NCBI GenBank assembly: GCA_944392815.1
Contig: CALXXY010000001.1
Location: forward strand, 5,141-69,140
Length of the DNA: 64,000 nucleotides
Direction: 5' to 3'
From: an uncultured Alphaproteobacteria bacterium
GTDB taxonomy: Bacteria > Pseudomonadota > Alphaproteobacteria > Rs-D84
Shown in pieces: positions 48,657-58,768 of the stretch. A program made the translations under genes and the position numbers. Under the pieces are notes generated by a model. It did not search any database and was not told the DNA's origin. It worked only from the letters and a program-made list of their open reading frames with translations. Each line of letters opens with the position of its first letter. The stretch's first letter is position 1.

Positions 48657-49562
48657 CTAGCGGCTTAGGAACAAACTGCGATCATTGGCCAGGAAATAGC
48701 GGCGCCCGGGCATTGCACACATAAATTTATGCAAATATCGCAACGAGTTTTGTATCATTGCTGTTTCCAATGTCTGTGCATTTTCCACCATCAGGCGCAA
48801 TTTCTGCAGGCGCGCCAAATCAAATACGTTTTCGCCGGCCGTTTCTGCGTTGTTGTTATATTTAATTTCCACCAAAAAATTCTGGAAATTGTTGTTAATG
48901 TATTTCAGACGCGATACCTGGTCGTCCAATTTTATATACGGCAAAATGCCCATGGCAACGATTGTGTTCAATTCACCATCGGCCGCCATATTTTTCGCTG
49001 TGTCCCATGAAATGCTGTGCGGGGCGCGACCAAACACGCGTTCAGACGCAATACTGTAAACATCGATTATTTCAGGTTTGTCGTCAATGCAATATGCGTC
49101 GGTTGTGTTGTATTGCGCCTGGATAATCGGGGCCAATGGCGACAGGCCACAGCCCAAATCCACAAATTTAATATCCTGGTTGTTGGCGATTTTATTCGTC
49201 AGGAAATTTATACTTTCTGAAAAACGTATGGCATAGTGCAACGAATGCAACGGCACGTTGCGCGCCGATTCCACACATTTCGCCGGGAAAGTATCCGACG
49301 CCAACGTGTTATTCAAAATTTTACGTCCCATTTGCCCCAGATGTGCGCTGTATTGCGATGATTTTAAAATGTCAACCAATGCGCAATTCCATTCGTGCAC
49401 ATATTTTTTCGTTTCGCGCGACAATGGCGCAATGTTGTGCACGTATTTTTTTAACGCTGGTTCCAAAAACATACTGCACGACAAAGGAACGTCAATCGTG
49501 CCGTAATTTTGTTTATTTGATTTTGTCATAATTTTTCCTGATTGTTGTGAGATATAGTACAA
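48657..49562 (-). CDS. hypothetical protein, possible class I SAM-dependent methyltransferase fold
   Basis: FVDLGCGLSPL resembles MTase motif I. Length is 301 aa. The local DNA is AT-rich. Confidence 0.4.
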   Translation of the reverse strand: MYYISQQSGKIMTKSNKQNYGTIDVPLSCSMFLEPALKKYVHNIAPLSRETKKYVHEWNCALVDILKSSQYSAHLGQMGRKILNNTLASDTFPAKCVESARNVPLHSLHYAIRFSESINFLTNKIANNQDIKFVDLGCGLSPLAPIIQAQYNTTDAYCIDDKPEIIDVYSIASERVFGRAPHSISWDTAKNMAADGELNTIVAMGILPYIKLDDQVSRLKYINNNFQNFLVEIKYNNNAETAGENVFDLARLQKLRLMVENAQTLETAMIQNSLRYLHKFMCAMPGRRYFLANDRSLFLSR

Positions 49563-49591
49563 AATTTATATTTTGTCAATATATTTAATGG

Positions 49592-50353
49592 TTAAATTTC
49601 TGGTTGCCATTGTCCGAAATCGTCGTGTGTGGCGCCCGGGACAACGACTGTATTTGCCCCGCCCGTCCATTTAAAAGACAACGAATTTGGAACTGTTTGG
49701 TCGTTTTCCGCCACGTAATGTGTTTGTTGAATACGCGGCAACGTGTCCATGTTTATGGACGATTTCAGCGGGCTGTCGCCGAAATATTCGGTCCAATCAG
49801 CATGATTTAAAACGCCCGCGATTGTTATCCATTTTTCCACATTTATCTGCGGATATTTTTGGATAATTAATCCGGCCGCCAATGCCCCGCCCGAATATCC
49901 AATCAGAACAACTGGACGCGCGGCGGCCACCTGGGTCACCGCTGTGGCCATTGAATCAATCACACGGGGCGAAAAACGGCCATCTGTCCAATCGGACGTG
50001 TTGCACGACGGCGACATTATATATTGGCATGGACGTGCCATATACACCACGTTTGGCGCGGCGTCACGCGCAGCCCATTCGCGAACCTGGGTGCCGTGGG
50101 GCGTCGGGTCGGCGGTCGGCATGCCGCGGCCATTGAATGCGTGGCCGTCACCTTCGATATAAATATGGACGGGGGCGGTTGTATCTGTGATTTTTTGCCA
50201 GGTGGCGATTTCAAATATGCCTGTATCAATCGGATTATATATAAAATCGTCCGGCGCATGCCAATCAGACACGCACCCGGCCAATAATAAAATCAGTAAA
50301 ATCCCAACCCGTGACATACGCGGTATAATACCGCAATCCGCGTCAATCGTCAA
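49592..50353 (-). CDS. alpha/beta-hydrolase-fold lipoprotein (GYSGG nucleophile elbow)
   Basis: Lipobox LLLAGC and a GxSxG motif (IGYSGGALAAG). Length is 253 aa. Confidence 0.55.
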   Translation of the reverse strand: MTIDADCGIIPRMSRVGILLILLLAGCVSDWHAPDDFIYNPIDTGIFEIATWQKITDTTAPVHIYIEGDGHAFNGRGMPTADPTPHGTQVREWAARDAAPNVVYMARPCQYIMSPSCNTSDWTDGRFSPRVIDSMATAVTQVAAARPVVLIGYSGGALAAGLIIQKYPQINVEKWITIAGVLNHADWTEYFGDSPLKSSINMDTLPRIQQTHYVAENDQTVPNSLSFKWTGGANTVVVPGATHDDFGQWQPEI

Positions 50354-50377
50354 ATCTTGTCGGCAAATATATTTCCG

Positions 50378-50429
50378 TTTGACAAATTGTTGACAAAATA
50401 CTTGACAAATATGTTTTTGGGGTCATAAT
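50378..50429 (+). promoter_or_regulatory. sigma70 promoter (TTGACA-N17-ATAATA) preceded by three direct TTGACAAA repeats at 11-12 bp spacing
   Basis: ttgacaaa at 50378, 50389 and 50401. The third repeat serves as the -35, with a 17-nt spacer, ataata at 50424-50429, and an AAAAGGGTGAG RBS before the ATG at 50461. Confidence 0.5.
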
Positions 50430-50460
50430 AGTATTAGAAATTAACAAAAAGGGTGAGCAC

Positions 50461-51234
50461 ATGTTCAAAGCATTGAAAATGAAAATCGCGGCGCGGCGCA
50501 TGAATCGCAGTGGCGCGAAAAAGCGCACTGCCCGCAACAGTGTGCGTCGCAAAAATTCACGTCGCCCATCGTTTTGGGCGCGCATGTGGAATGCGATTTG
50601 CGTGCCGTTTCGTGCGATTGCACGTTGGGCCCGCGCATTTTGGCGCTGGGTTCGCAGCATTGATTTAATCGGGTTGGTTAATATCACGCTGTTGTCCGCA
50701 ATCGTAGTTTTATTTTCTATGCTGATTATGGATTTCGTTGGTTGTGGTAAAAAACAGGTCATTATTATCGCGAAAAATAATACGCCTGAAATCGTGCGCA
50801 CAACTGATGACGCCCCACAAATGCACCGTGTGGTGCGCGCACGCACTGTTAAATTGCCAATGAAACAAACGACCAAACGCGAATTAATCGGCGCGCCGGT
50901 CAATGTTGCACGCACAACACCCGACAAAGTGGCCGTCGCCCAGACCGCCCGCACAGGCAAAGTCATGTTTGGTGACGTTATTGTCGACAGCCGTGGCGCC
51001 GCGACTATGTTAAAGCCCGGCGATACAGTGCGTGGAAATTTATATCTGCAGAATATGCGCAAATATGTTTTGCCGCGCGACATTCGCATCGAAGGCAACC
51101 TGTTCCTGCGTGATATGGGCATGTTGCAATTTGGCGGTCAATTCACAGTGACTGGCAATATCTATGTGACGCCGTCGTCTTCGTTCGGGCCAATTCCGGG
51201 CAACGCGCGCATCGGTGGCCAGGTGATTTTATAA
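50461..51234 (+). CDS. hypothetical membrane-anchored protein with Arg-rich N-terminus and C-terminal GN-repeat (beta-helix-like) region
   Basis: 257 aa with one TM helix. The C-terminus carries the repeated motifs VRGNLYLQNM, IEGNLFLRDM and VTGNIYVTP. Confidence 0.5.
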   Translation: MFKALKMKIAARRMNRSGAKKRTARNSVRRKNSRRPSFWARMWNAICVPFRAIARWARAFWRWVRSIDLIGLVNITLLSAIVVLFSMLIMDFVGCGKKQVIIIAKNNTPEIVRTTDDAPQMHRVVRARTVKLPMKQTTKRELIGAPVNVARTTPDKVAVAQTARTGKVMFGDVIVDSRGAATMLKPGDTVRGNLYLQNMRKYVLPRDIRIEGNLFLRDMGMLQFGGQFTVTGNIYVTPSSSFGPIPGNARIGGQVIL

Positions 51235-51346
51235 GTTTTTTATTTTCAGTTCCCCTGTTAAACGGTTGCGTTTATGCAACCGTTTTTTGTGGATTTTTTA
51301 TTCAAAATATGATATAATGCGTTCGTCCAAACGATGGGGGGATTAT

Positions 51347-51616
51347 ATGAATACTTTTGAAAAAATTTTGAATGTTTTGGGTAAAAACCTGGCGTATACA
51401 ATCGTGTTGATTATCGCGGTGATATTTTTTGCATATTTTTCAGATGGACTGATTCCGGGATTAATTACCGCGTTCAGTGCGCTGATTGCATATGTTTGTG
51501 GGGCTGGGTTGTATCGCGAATTCAAAATCGCGTTTTCTGGCAAAAAAACTGTCAGCGCAACGGTGAAAAAATCACCTGCGAAAAAAACAGGCGCAAAAAA
51601 AACATCAAAAAAATAA
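51347..51616 (+). CDS. small membrane protein with Lys-rich C-terminal tail
   Basis: Start chosen at MNTFEKIL. The tool ORF starts at 51266. Has two TM helices and a KKTGAKKTSKK tail. Confidence 0.4.
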   Translation: MNTFEKILNVLGKNLAYTIVLIIAVIFFAYFSDGLIPGLITAFSALIAYVCGAGLYREFKIAFSGKKTVSATVKKSPAKKTGAKKTSKK

Positions 51617-51632
51617 ATTTAATTTATCAAAT

Positions 51633-51664
51633 AAAAAATCCCGCGGTTGCGGGATTTTTTATTA
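51633..51664. terminator. bidirectional rho-independent terminator (aaaaaatcccgcggttgcgggatttttt)
   Basis: Perfect hairpin. The secG stop lies in its T-run. Confidence 0.7.
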
Positions 51665-52012
51665 TTGATTTTCCTGGCCTGGGGCGGAATCACCCGTTTC
51701 ACCCGGAATGGCGGATTCAGCCGGGGCGTTGCCCTGTTGTACGATTTCGCTGCGCAAATCACTTTGTTGGGTGGCAATGTCTGATTTTGCCGAAACCAGT
51801 GCCAACAATGCGCACAACACGAAAAATATAGTCGCCAACCACGCCGTTGCACGGGTTAAAAAATTCCCGGCGGCCGCGCCCGTTAACGCGCCACCAAACA
51901 TAGATGCCGCGGCGGAACCGGACATACCGCTGCCCTCGGATTTTTGCAGCAAAATTATGCCCGTCATCAAAATTGCAACAATGATTAATAATACCAGTAA
52001 AATTGTAAACAT
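51662..52012 (-). CDS. secG: preprotein translocase subunit SecG
   Basis: MFTILLVLLIIVAILMTGIILLQKSEGSGMSGS is the canonical SecG N-terminus. Confidence 0.85.
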   Translation of the reverse strand: MFTILLVLLIIVAILMTGIILLQKSEGSGMSGSAAASMFGGALTGAAAGNFLTRATAWLATIFFVLCALLALVSAKSDIATQQSDLRSEIVQQGNAPAESAIPGETGDSAPGQENQ

Positions 52013-52039
52013 GTGTTAATCCCTTGGTTGGTGGTAATT

Positions 52040-52687
52040 TTATATGTCCGCGCCGTCAATTGCAAGTTTTTTCAGCAATGCGTCCGCGGCGGCGATACTG
52101 GCCGATTTTTTCGAAGTGCCCGCCCCCGTCGCGCTGTGGCCCATGGCGGTCACGCGAACATTAAACGTTGGTTTATGCGACGCACCGGTCGGTTCCAGGT
52201 ATTCGTATTCAGGCAATGCGCCGTTATCCATTTTTTGCACCAATTCCTGTAATGCAGTTTTGGAATCTTTTGGTGCGATTGGGTCGGCCGCCGCCAAATC
52301 GCGCCACAGTTCAACAATTATCGCACGCGCCGCGTCAAAACCGCCATCGATAAAGATGGCGCCAAATACGGCCTCCATCGCGTTGGCACAGATGTGCTGA
52401 ATGCGGCCGGCTGTCATATGACCATGATGAATTTTTTTATCCAGCCCCAGTTGGGTTGCAACGCGTGCCAACGTTTCTGTGGAAACCAGTGTGGCGTGAC
52501 GACGCGCCAGTTCGCCTTCGTGTTCGGTCGGGAACATTTCATACAGCAGCGCCGCCACCGACAACCCCAGCACGCGATCGCCGACGAATTCCAATCGTTC
52601 GTTATTATGTTCTGCGTTGGCACCGCTTTGCGTTAATGCCAATTCCAACAATTCTGGATTTTTAAAAGTATAATTTAATTTTGCCAC
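52040..52687 (-). CDS. rnc: ribonuclease III
   Basis: ERLEFVGDRVLGL RNase III signature and a C-terminal dsRBD. Confidence 0.9.
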   Translation of the reverse strand: MAKLNYTFKNPELLELALTQSGANAEHNNERLEFVGDRVLGLSVAALLYEMFPTEHEGELARRHATLVSTETLARVATQLGLDKKIHHGHMTAGRIQHICANAMEAVFGAIFIDGGFDAARAIIVELWRDLAAADPIAPKDSKTALQELVQKMDNGALPEYEYLEPTGASHKPTFNVRVTAMGHSATGAGTSKKSASIAAADALLKKLAIDGADI

Positions 52688-52688
52688 G

Positions 52689-53576
52689 TTAATCTATCCC
52701 CATGCCTATTCTGTCCCAGCGCATTTTATTGCCCCAATTCCATACTGCCAACATAGACGAATAGTAATTGTGCGAATACCATATAAACCACACCGGCCCC
52801 AGTACATTATCGCGCGGGACATACCCGATATCAGCCCGGCTGTCGCCACTGTTATCACGATTATCACCCATAAAGAAATAATGATTTTCCGGCACAGTGA
52901 ACATCATGGTGTTGTCCAGGGGTCCTTCGTCGGTTAATTCAACTATGCTGTGTGTGACGCCATTTGGTAATGTTTCTGTATATTCTGTGCCCATAAATAC
53001 GCCACATTCCCACTGATATTTATTACAAAAATCGTCGTCTTTGTATTCTATGGTGTAATCAAATTCTGCCGGGGCATTATCGACCCAGATTTTATTGCCC
53101 TTTATCACCATGTTTTTTTCTGGGATATGATATCCGGCACTGCGCAAAGATTTACGCAATGTGGCAATTACATACGGCCGCGGATTATCGCGCGGCACCA
53201 TTTCGCCGTTTATATACAGGCGGCCATCTGTCATTTGAATCGTGTCGCCAGGTTTGCCAATTAACCGTTTAACATAATCCTGGGATTCATTGATTGGATT
53301 ACGGAATACTATGACATCACCGATTTCCGGTTCGTGACCGAAAAAGCGCCCGTCCCATAAATGCCACGACCCAAACGGAAAAGAATAGCGCGAATACCCG
53401 TACGGCCATTTTTCAACAAAAATATGATCGCCCACATGCAATGTCGGTATCATTGACCCAGACGGTATATTAAACGGTTCCAATAAAAAACTGCGAAACA
53501 CTATGGCGATTAAAACACCGTAAAAAATGGTATTAAACCAATCGCGCGCAACATTAGATTTCTTTTTCAATGGCAT
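52689..53576 (-). CDS. lepB: signal peptidase I
   Basis: SGSMIPTL (box B, catalytic Ser), GDNRDNSGDSR (box E). The conserved lepB-rnc gene order is present. Confidence 0.9.
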   Translation of the reverse strand: MPLKKKSNVARDWFNTIFYGVLIAIVFRSFLLEPFNIPSGSMIPTLHVGDHIFVEKWPYGYSRYSFPFGSWHLWDGRFFGHEPEIGDVIVFRNPINESQDYVKRLIGKPGDTIQMTDGRLYINGEMVPRDNPRPYVIATLRKSLRSAGYHIPEKNMVIKGNKIWVDNAPAEFDYTIEYKDDDFCNKYQWECGVFMGTEYTETLPNGVTHSIVELTDEGPLDNTMMFTVPENHYFFMGDNRDNSGDSRADIGYVPRDNVLGPVWFIWYSHNYYSSMLAVWNWGNKMRWDRIGMGID

Positions 53577-53646
53577 AATTTTCGTTTCCTTTGTCCGCCC
53601 TATTTTATAACTTGAATTGATTCAGCGCAAGTTTTAATATGCGCAT

Positions 53647-55170
53647 ATGATATCTTTGAATTCAATCATATTTAATGGCATGGACGCAACACCCATTGAT
53701 GTCCAGGTACAATTGTCCAGTGGCCTGTGCAAACAGGAATTTAACATTATCGGATTGGCGGATCGCGCGGTCAAAGAATCTGCCGAACGTATTCGCAATG
53801 TGTTGGGGGCATTGAATATATCTATGCCGCCACGGCGATTGACGGTGAATCTGTCGCCGGCCGACGTGGAAAAAACAGGGTCGCATTTTGATTTGCCGAT
53901 TTTATGCGGGATATTATGCGCATTTGGCATTTTACCCGAAGCGGAATTGTCGAAATATGTGATTATTGGCGAAGTCGGACTGAATGGCGCAATCGTTAAA
54001 ACAGACGGCGTATTACCCGCCAGTGTTTGGGCAAATCAACACAATATGGGCATTATTTGCCCCGGCGACCAGGGGACCGAGGCCCGATGGGCCGGGCACA
54101 CCAATATTCTGGCGCCGTTTCACGTGCTGGAATTAATTAACCATTTCAAAGGCACGCAAATTTTGCCTGTGCCGGAATTAACAAAAATTGAATCGGACGC
54201 GTCTGCGCATGTTGATATGGCCGAAGTGCATGGGCAATCTGCTGCGAAACGGGCGTTGGAAATCGCGGCCGCCGGCGGGCATGCAATGTTAATGGTTGGG
54301 CCGCCGGGGTCCGGGAAAACTATGTTGGCGTCGCGTTTGCCGACGATATTGCCAGAAATGACGCCCGATGAAATTTTGGAAACGTCAATCATATATTCCA
54401 TCGCGGGGCAATTAAATGGAAAATCGCTGATAACGACGCGGCCGTTTCGCAGTGTGCACCATACGTCCAGTGCGGTATCACTGGCGGGCGGCGGGGCAGA
54501 CGCACGCCCGGGCGAAATTTCATTGGCGCACAATGGGGTATTGTTTTTGGACGAATTGCCTGAATTTAATCGCGCCACATTGGAAATTTTACGTCAACCG
54601 ATGGAGGCCGGAAAAATCATGGTTGCGCGCGCACGACGTACTGCGACATACCCGGCGCGTTTTCAATTAATCGCGGCCATGAATCCATGCCCGTGCGGGC
54701 ATTTGGGGAATGCCGCCCTGGCCTGTTCGCGCGCGCCCCGCTGTGCCGAGGCATATCAGAACAAAATTTCGGGCCCGTTATTGGACAGAATTGATTTACA
54801 CGTTGATGTTGACGCGGTAAATCCGTGGGAAATGACCAACGCCGATAACGACACACCCGCAGAAACGTCCGCACAAATTCGCGCACGTGTTGTTGCCGCA
54901 CGCAATCGGCAAATCGCGCGCCAGGGTGTGCCAAACGCACTGTTGGACGGGGCGGCGTTGGACGCCGCGGCCCCATTGTCGGCCGAATTAACAGAATTTT
55001 TAAATGGTGCCGCGGAAAAAATGGGCATGTCTGCGCGTGGATATAACAGAATAAAACGTATTGCGCGCACAATCGCCGACCTGCGCGGGGCGGAAAATAT
55101 TGAAATGTCCGACCTGGCCGAGGCATTATCATACCGTCCAATTAATCGTGGGAAATATGGCGCAAAATAA
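53647..55170 (+). CDS. YifB/ComM-family Mg-chelatase-like AAA+ ATPase
   Basis: 507 aa with an N-terminal Lon-like domain, Walker A GPPGSGKT and a C-terminal MCM/ChlI-like domain. Confidence 0.85.
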   Translation: MISLNSIIFNGMDATPIDVQVQLSSGLCKQEFNIIGLADRAVKESAERIRNVLGALNISMPPRRLTVNLSPADVEKTGSHFDLPILCGILCAFGILPEAELSKYVIIGEVGLNGAIVKTDGVLPASVWANQHNMGIICPGDQGTEARWAGHTNILAPFHVLELINHFKGTQILPVPELTKIESDASAHVDMAEVHGQSAAKRALEIAAAGGHAMLMVGPPGSGKTMLASRLPTILPEMTPDEILETSIIYSIAGQLNGKSLITTRPFRSVHHTSSAVSLAGGGADARPGEISLAHNGVLFLDELPEFNRATLEILRQPMEAGKIMVARARRTATYPARFQLIAAMNPCPCGHLGNAALACSRAPRCAEAYQNKISGPLLDRIDLHVDVDAVNPWEMTNADNDTPAETSAQIRARVVAARNRQIARQGVPNALLDGAALDAAAPLSAELTEFLNGAAEKMGMSARGYNRIKRIARTIADLRGAENIEMSDLAEALSYRPINRGKYGAK

Positions 55171-55196
55171 AAATCCGCAGATTGCGGATTTTTTAA
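55171..55196. terminator. bidirectional rho-independent terminator (aaaaatccgcagattgcggatttttt)
   Basis: Perfect hairpin between convergent genes. Confidence 0.7.
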
Positions 55197-56176
55197 AATT
55201 CGAACCGAATACCAAACATAATATTTGCATAAATGGTATTTTCTGAACTGAACCAATCGCGATGCAGGGTGTTATCCTCGTTGCTTAATTCCCAGCGAAT
55301 TCGTGGAATGTATGCAATACGCGCACCAAAATCAAAATACATATTTTCCGTCATGCCGTATGACATACCAACCGCAAACAATGCCGCTATGTTGGAATTA
55401 TTCCGTTCAGAACGATAAAACTGGATTGGATCCAGGGTTTCGGCCTTTTGCCCATAGGGGTATAAATCGGGACTGAGTGATAAATCACCATATAAATCCG
55501 ACATGTTTAATATGGTTTTTATATCGGCGTATCCGGCACCGAACCCGATGTATGGGATAACTGTGCGCATTGGTTTTTGCACACCGTCAAAGAAATCGTA
55601 AAACGCCATGACACTGATGATATCGGTCGTGACACTGGACTGGACAGCACCGCTGGATATCAGTGCGATTTGACCGCCCTGCTCGGTTCCCATTAATTCG
55701 GCTTCGCCCTCCAGAAACGGCGAGGCGTTATATTCACTTTCCGATATATGGTCCCAACCCAATTCAATGCGCCACTGGGGGCGGTTCGGGACAGTCCAAC
55801 CAACACTGGCCCCCGCGGCGAATGTGAATGATTCATAATCCTTGGTCGGGGGTAATTCGCCAATGTTTACATAGCCCACGGGGGAAAAGTTGTCGTATAA
55901 CCCCTCGGCCCGGCCCTGTTCATATGCCAATTCAGACAACAGAACTGTGCCATCGCTGTAATACAATGGGGTTAATTCGCCAATTTCATTTTTGATAGAA
56001 CCAAAACCAAACGATGCGCCACCACGCACAGATACGGTAAAACGGCTGCCGTCATCGGTGTATGCGCCATCGCCCACGTAATAACCAGGATATTCCCAGT
56101 TCGCGTGCGCCGCGCCACCCACCAGTGTCGCAAAAGCAGAGATTAATAACAGGTTCCTACACTTCTTCATGCCCAT
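55193..56176 (-). CDS. outer-membrane beta-barrel protein (unknown family)
   Basis: Signal peptide, alternating amphipathic strands rich in aromatic residues and Gly, and a C-terminal ...GIRFEF ending in Phe. Confidence 0.5.
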   Translation of the reverse strand: MGMKKCRNLLLISAFATLVGGAAHANWEYPGYYVGDGAYTDDGSRFTVSVRGGASFGFGSIKNEIGELTPLYYSDGTVLLSELAYEQGRAEGLYDNFSPVGYVNIGELPPTKDYESFTFAAGASVGWTVPNRPQWRIELGWDHISESEYNASPFLEGEAELMGTEQGGQIALISSGAVQSSVTTDIISVMAFYDFFDGVQKPMRTVIPYIGFGAGYADIKTILNMSDLYGDLSLSPDLYPYGQKAETLDPIQFYRSERNNSNIAALFAVGMSYGMTENMYFDFGARIAYIPRIRWELSNEDNTLHRDWFSSENTIYANIMFGIRFEF

Positions 56177-56239
56177 TATTATATCACAAATTTGCCCGCA
56201 ATAAAAACAGATTTTATCGTTAAAAGTTAATCCCGTGAT

Positions 56240-58009
56240 TTATTTCACTATTTCGTGGAAAATTGTGGCCGGAATGGTGCCACCTGTGATTTTTGATGAC
56301 ATAGATGTGTTGTCATCGCGGCCGGTCCAAACACCTATGACCAAATCGCGCCATGCACCCACGAACCAAGCGTCGCGATTATCATTACTGGTGCCGGTTT
56401 TCCCACCCAAAACACCCGGCGCCATTGCCCTGTGGCCGGTGCCACCAACAGCAACCACATCGGCCAACAACTGGGTCATGTATTCAACAGTTTGGGGCAT
56501 TAATACCTGTATAGGGTCAGACGGATTACGTTCATAAATTATGTTGCCGTATGGGTCGGTGATTTTAGTAATTGAATATGGGCGCACCGATTGACCCGCG
56601 TTCCAGATAACTGCGTAAATTGTTGTTAAATCCAACAGCGACATTTCCGACGCACCCAATACTGTCGAATATTCGCGACGCAATTTATTTCCAACACCCA
56701 AACGCCCCGCCATGTCCAGCACAGCGTCTATGCCGAATTCCTGGGTTAATTTCAGCGGCACAGAATTCACCGATTTTGCAAATGCCGTGGCCAATGTTAT
56801 ATCGCCATAATAGCGTTTGTTATAATTCTGGGGCGAATAATCACCAATGGAAAACGGGGAATCATTGACGTACGTGTCCGGTGTCATGCCGTTTTCCAGC
56901 GCAACCAAATATACGACCGGTTTAAACGAACTGCCGGGTTGACGCAGTGCCAATGCACGATTAAACTGGCTTTCCTGGTAATTAGTTCCACCGACCATGG
57001 CACGCACCGCGCCGTCTGTATTCATGGCCACAACCGCCCCCTGATTTTTACCAACCTGGGGTGGTAAAATATCGGCAATATGTTCCTGTAAATTCATATC
57101 CAGCGTGGTATAGACATACAAATCAGATTCAAATGTCCCGATTGTTGATTCCGCTTCGTCCAAAACAAAGTCCGTCCAATAACGATATATATTCGTATTT
57201 GGTGCGGGCGTTGCCGGTGCCAATTCGCGCGCCGCAATGCGCGCCTGGTTCAATGTGATGTATCCCTGGCGCACCATTTCCTGTAATATAATGCGGGCGC
57301 GCGCGATATTTTTATCGGGGTTCGCCAATGGGCTGTATGTGGTTGGGGCCTTTAACATAGCGGCGATTTGTGCGGCCTGGGCAATTGATAAATCATTCGC
57401 AGAACGTTGGAACATAACACGCGCGGCCGCGTCTATGCCCCGCATGCCGCCCACCAACGATACGCGATTCATGTATAAATCCAAAACCTGATTTTTAGTA
57501 AAACGATTTTCCAACCAATATGATAAAATCAATTCCTGGACTTTGCGGGAAATCTTTTTTTCACGCGACAGAAAAATATTTTTTGCCGTTTGCTGGGTAA
57601 TTGATGAACCGCCCGCCGCAATACGACCATGGATTAAATTCGACAGCAGGGCGCGCGTAATCCCGCGAATATCAATAGGGCCATGTTCAAAAAATCTTTT
57701 ATCTTCGATTGCGACAATAGATTGCCATACGTATGGGGGCAAAGTTTCCACCGATACCGGCGTGCCCATTATACGATTTGACGCACGAATTTCGTTCCCG
57801 TTTTTATCCAAAAATATCACGGCCGCCGGACGCGTTTCATGCAAAATTGCGTCCAATGACGGCATTTGCAAAAATATCACAACAACATATATCGCAACGC
57901 CCGTCAGCGCCAACAAAAACAAATCGACGCACCACACAAATATCCGCAGCCCACGCGACGTGCGGCGTTCGTTTGTCTGTGTGCGTGATGTATTGCGTTT
58001 GTTTTGCAA
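56240..58009 (-). CDS. mrcA: class A penicillin-binding protein (transglycosylase + transpeptidase), compact 589-aa form
   Basis: GT51 motifs (EDKRFFEHGPIDIRGI, GGSSITQQ) and TPase motifs SSFK, SVN, KTGTSND. Has an N-terminal signal anchor. Confidence 0.8.
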   Translation of the reverse strand: MQNKRNTSRTQTNERRTSRGLRIFVWCVDLFLLALTGVAIYVVVIFLQMPSLDAILHETRPAAVIFLDKNGNEIRASNRIMGTPVSVETLPPYVWQSIVAIEDKRFFEHGPIDIRGITRALLSNLIHGRIAAGGSSITQQTAKNIFLSREKKISRKVQELILSYWLENRFTKNQVLDLYMNRVSLVGGMRGIDAAARVMFQRSANDLSIAQAAQIAAMLKAPTTYSPLANPDKNIARARIILQEMVRQGYITLNQARIAARELAPATPAPNTNIYRYWTDFVLDEAESTIGTFESDLYVYTTLDMNLQEHIADILPPQVGKNQGAVVAMNTDGAVRAMVGGTNYQESQFNRALALRQPGSSFKPVVYLVALENGMTPDTYVNDSPFSIGDYSPQNYNKRYYGDITLATAFAKSVNSVPLKLTQEFGIDAVLDMAGRLGVGNKLRREYSTVLGASEMSLLDLTTIYAVIWNAGQSVRPYSITKITDPYGNIIYERNPSDPIQVLMPQTVEYMTQLLADVVAVGGTGHRAMAPGVLGGKTGTSNDNRDAWFVGAWRDLVIGVWTGRDDNTSMSSKITGGTIPATIFHEIVK

Positions 58010-58109
58010 TTGTTCCCCGTTGTTTCATGGAATTATATCACAAACGACTTGCGTTTTTCCATAAATTAAAACTATAATTCGGCATATGTACAAAACGAAA
58101 GGAAAGAAT

Positions 58110-58736
58110 ATGAAAAAATTTTTACTGGTCACGTTGTTGTTTTGTATGGGAACGATGCCGGCGGTGGCTGATAATTACGGGTATAATTCAACGCCACAGC
58201 GTGATACCTATGTGGGGTTGCGGTTGCATAAAAATGACAACATAGCGTTCAGGTACGAACCAGAAAATGGCGATGGTATTACCCTGCGCGATGGCAGTTT
58301 TGGGTTTGGCGCGATGATTGGAAATCGACTGACAGATCATGTAAAAATAGAATTTGAAACAGAATACACATATGGTGGGCAATCTAAATATGGCAGCGAT
58401 TATAATTTTAACGTTTGGGCCAATATGCTGAATGTATATGTGTATCAACAATTTGGTGGCGCGGTGGAACCGTATGCAGGCCTGGGGGTTGGTGTATCTG
58501 GGCTGTGGGGCGAAATTGACGGAAATATAAATGCGTCTGACGCCACGGCTGATATGTCGTGGTCCATTATGGCCGGCGTGAATTTTGCGTTGAATGACCG
58601 CATAGATTTAAATCTGGGGATAAAATACCAAAATTACGGTGATTTGGGAATCAGTGACGACAACGGAAACAATGCGTCCATAGAAGTTGACGGCACGGAA
58701 TTCTATATCAGTGCGGCGTATAAATTCGGATTATAA
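58110..58736 (+). CDS. small outer-membrane beta-barrel protein (OmpA-like/8-strand barrel family)
   Basis: Signal peptide MKKFLLVTLLFCMGTMPAVA, alternating aromatic strands and a C-terminal YKFGL. Confidence 0.55.
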   Translation: MKKFLLVTLLFCMGTMPAVADNYGYNSTPQRDTYVGLRLHKNDNIAFRYEPENGDGITLRDGSFGFGAMIGNRLTDHVKIEFETEYTYGGQSKYGSDYNFNVWANMLNVYVYQQFGGAVEPYAGLGVGVSGLWGEIDGNINASDATADMSWSIMAGVNFALNDRIDLNLGIKYQNYGDLGISDDNGNNASIEVDGTEFYISAAYKFGL

Positions 58737-58768
58737 AAATCAACGGGGCGCGGCCCCGTTTTTTATTT
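58737..58768. terminator. bidirectional rho-independent terminator (aaaatcaacggggcgcggccccgtttttt)
   Basis: GC hairpin between convergent genes. Confidence 0.7.
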
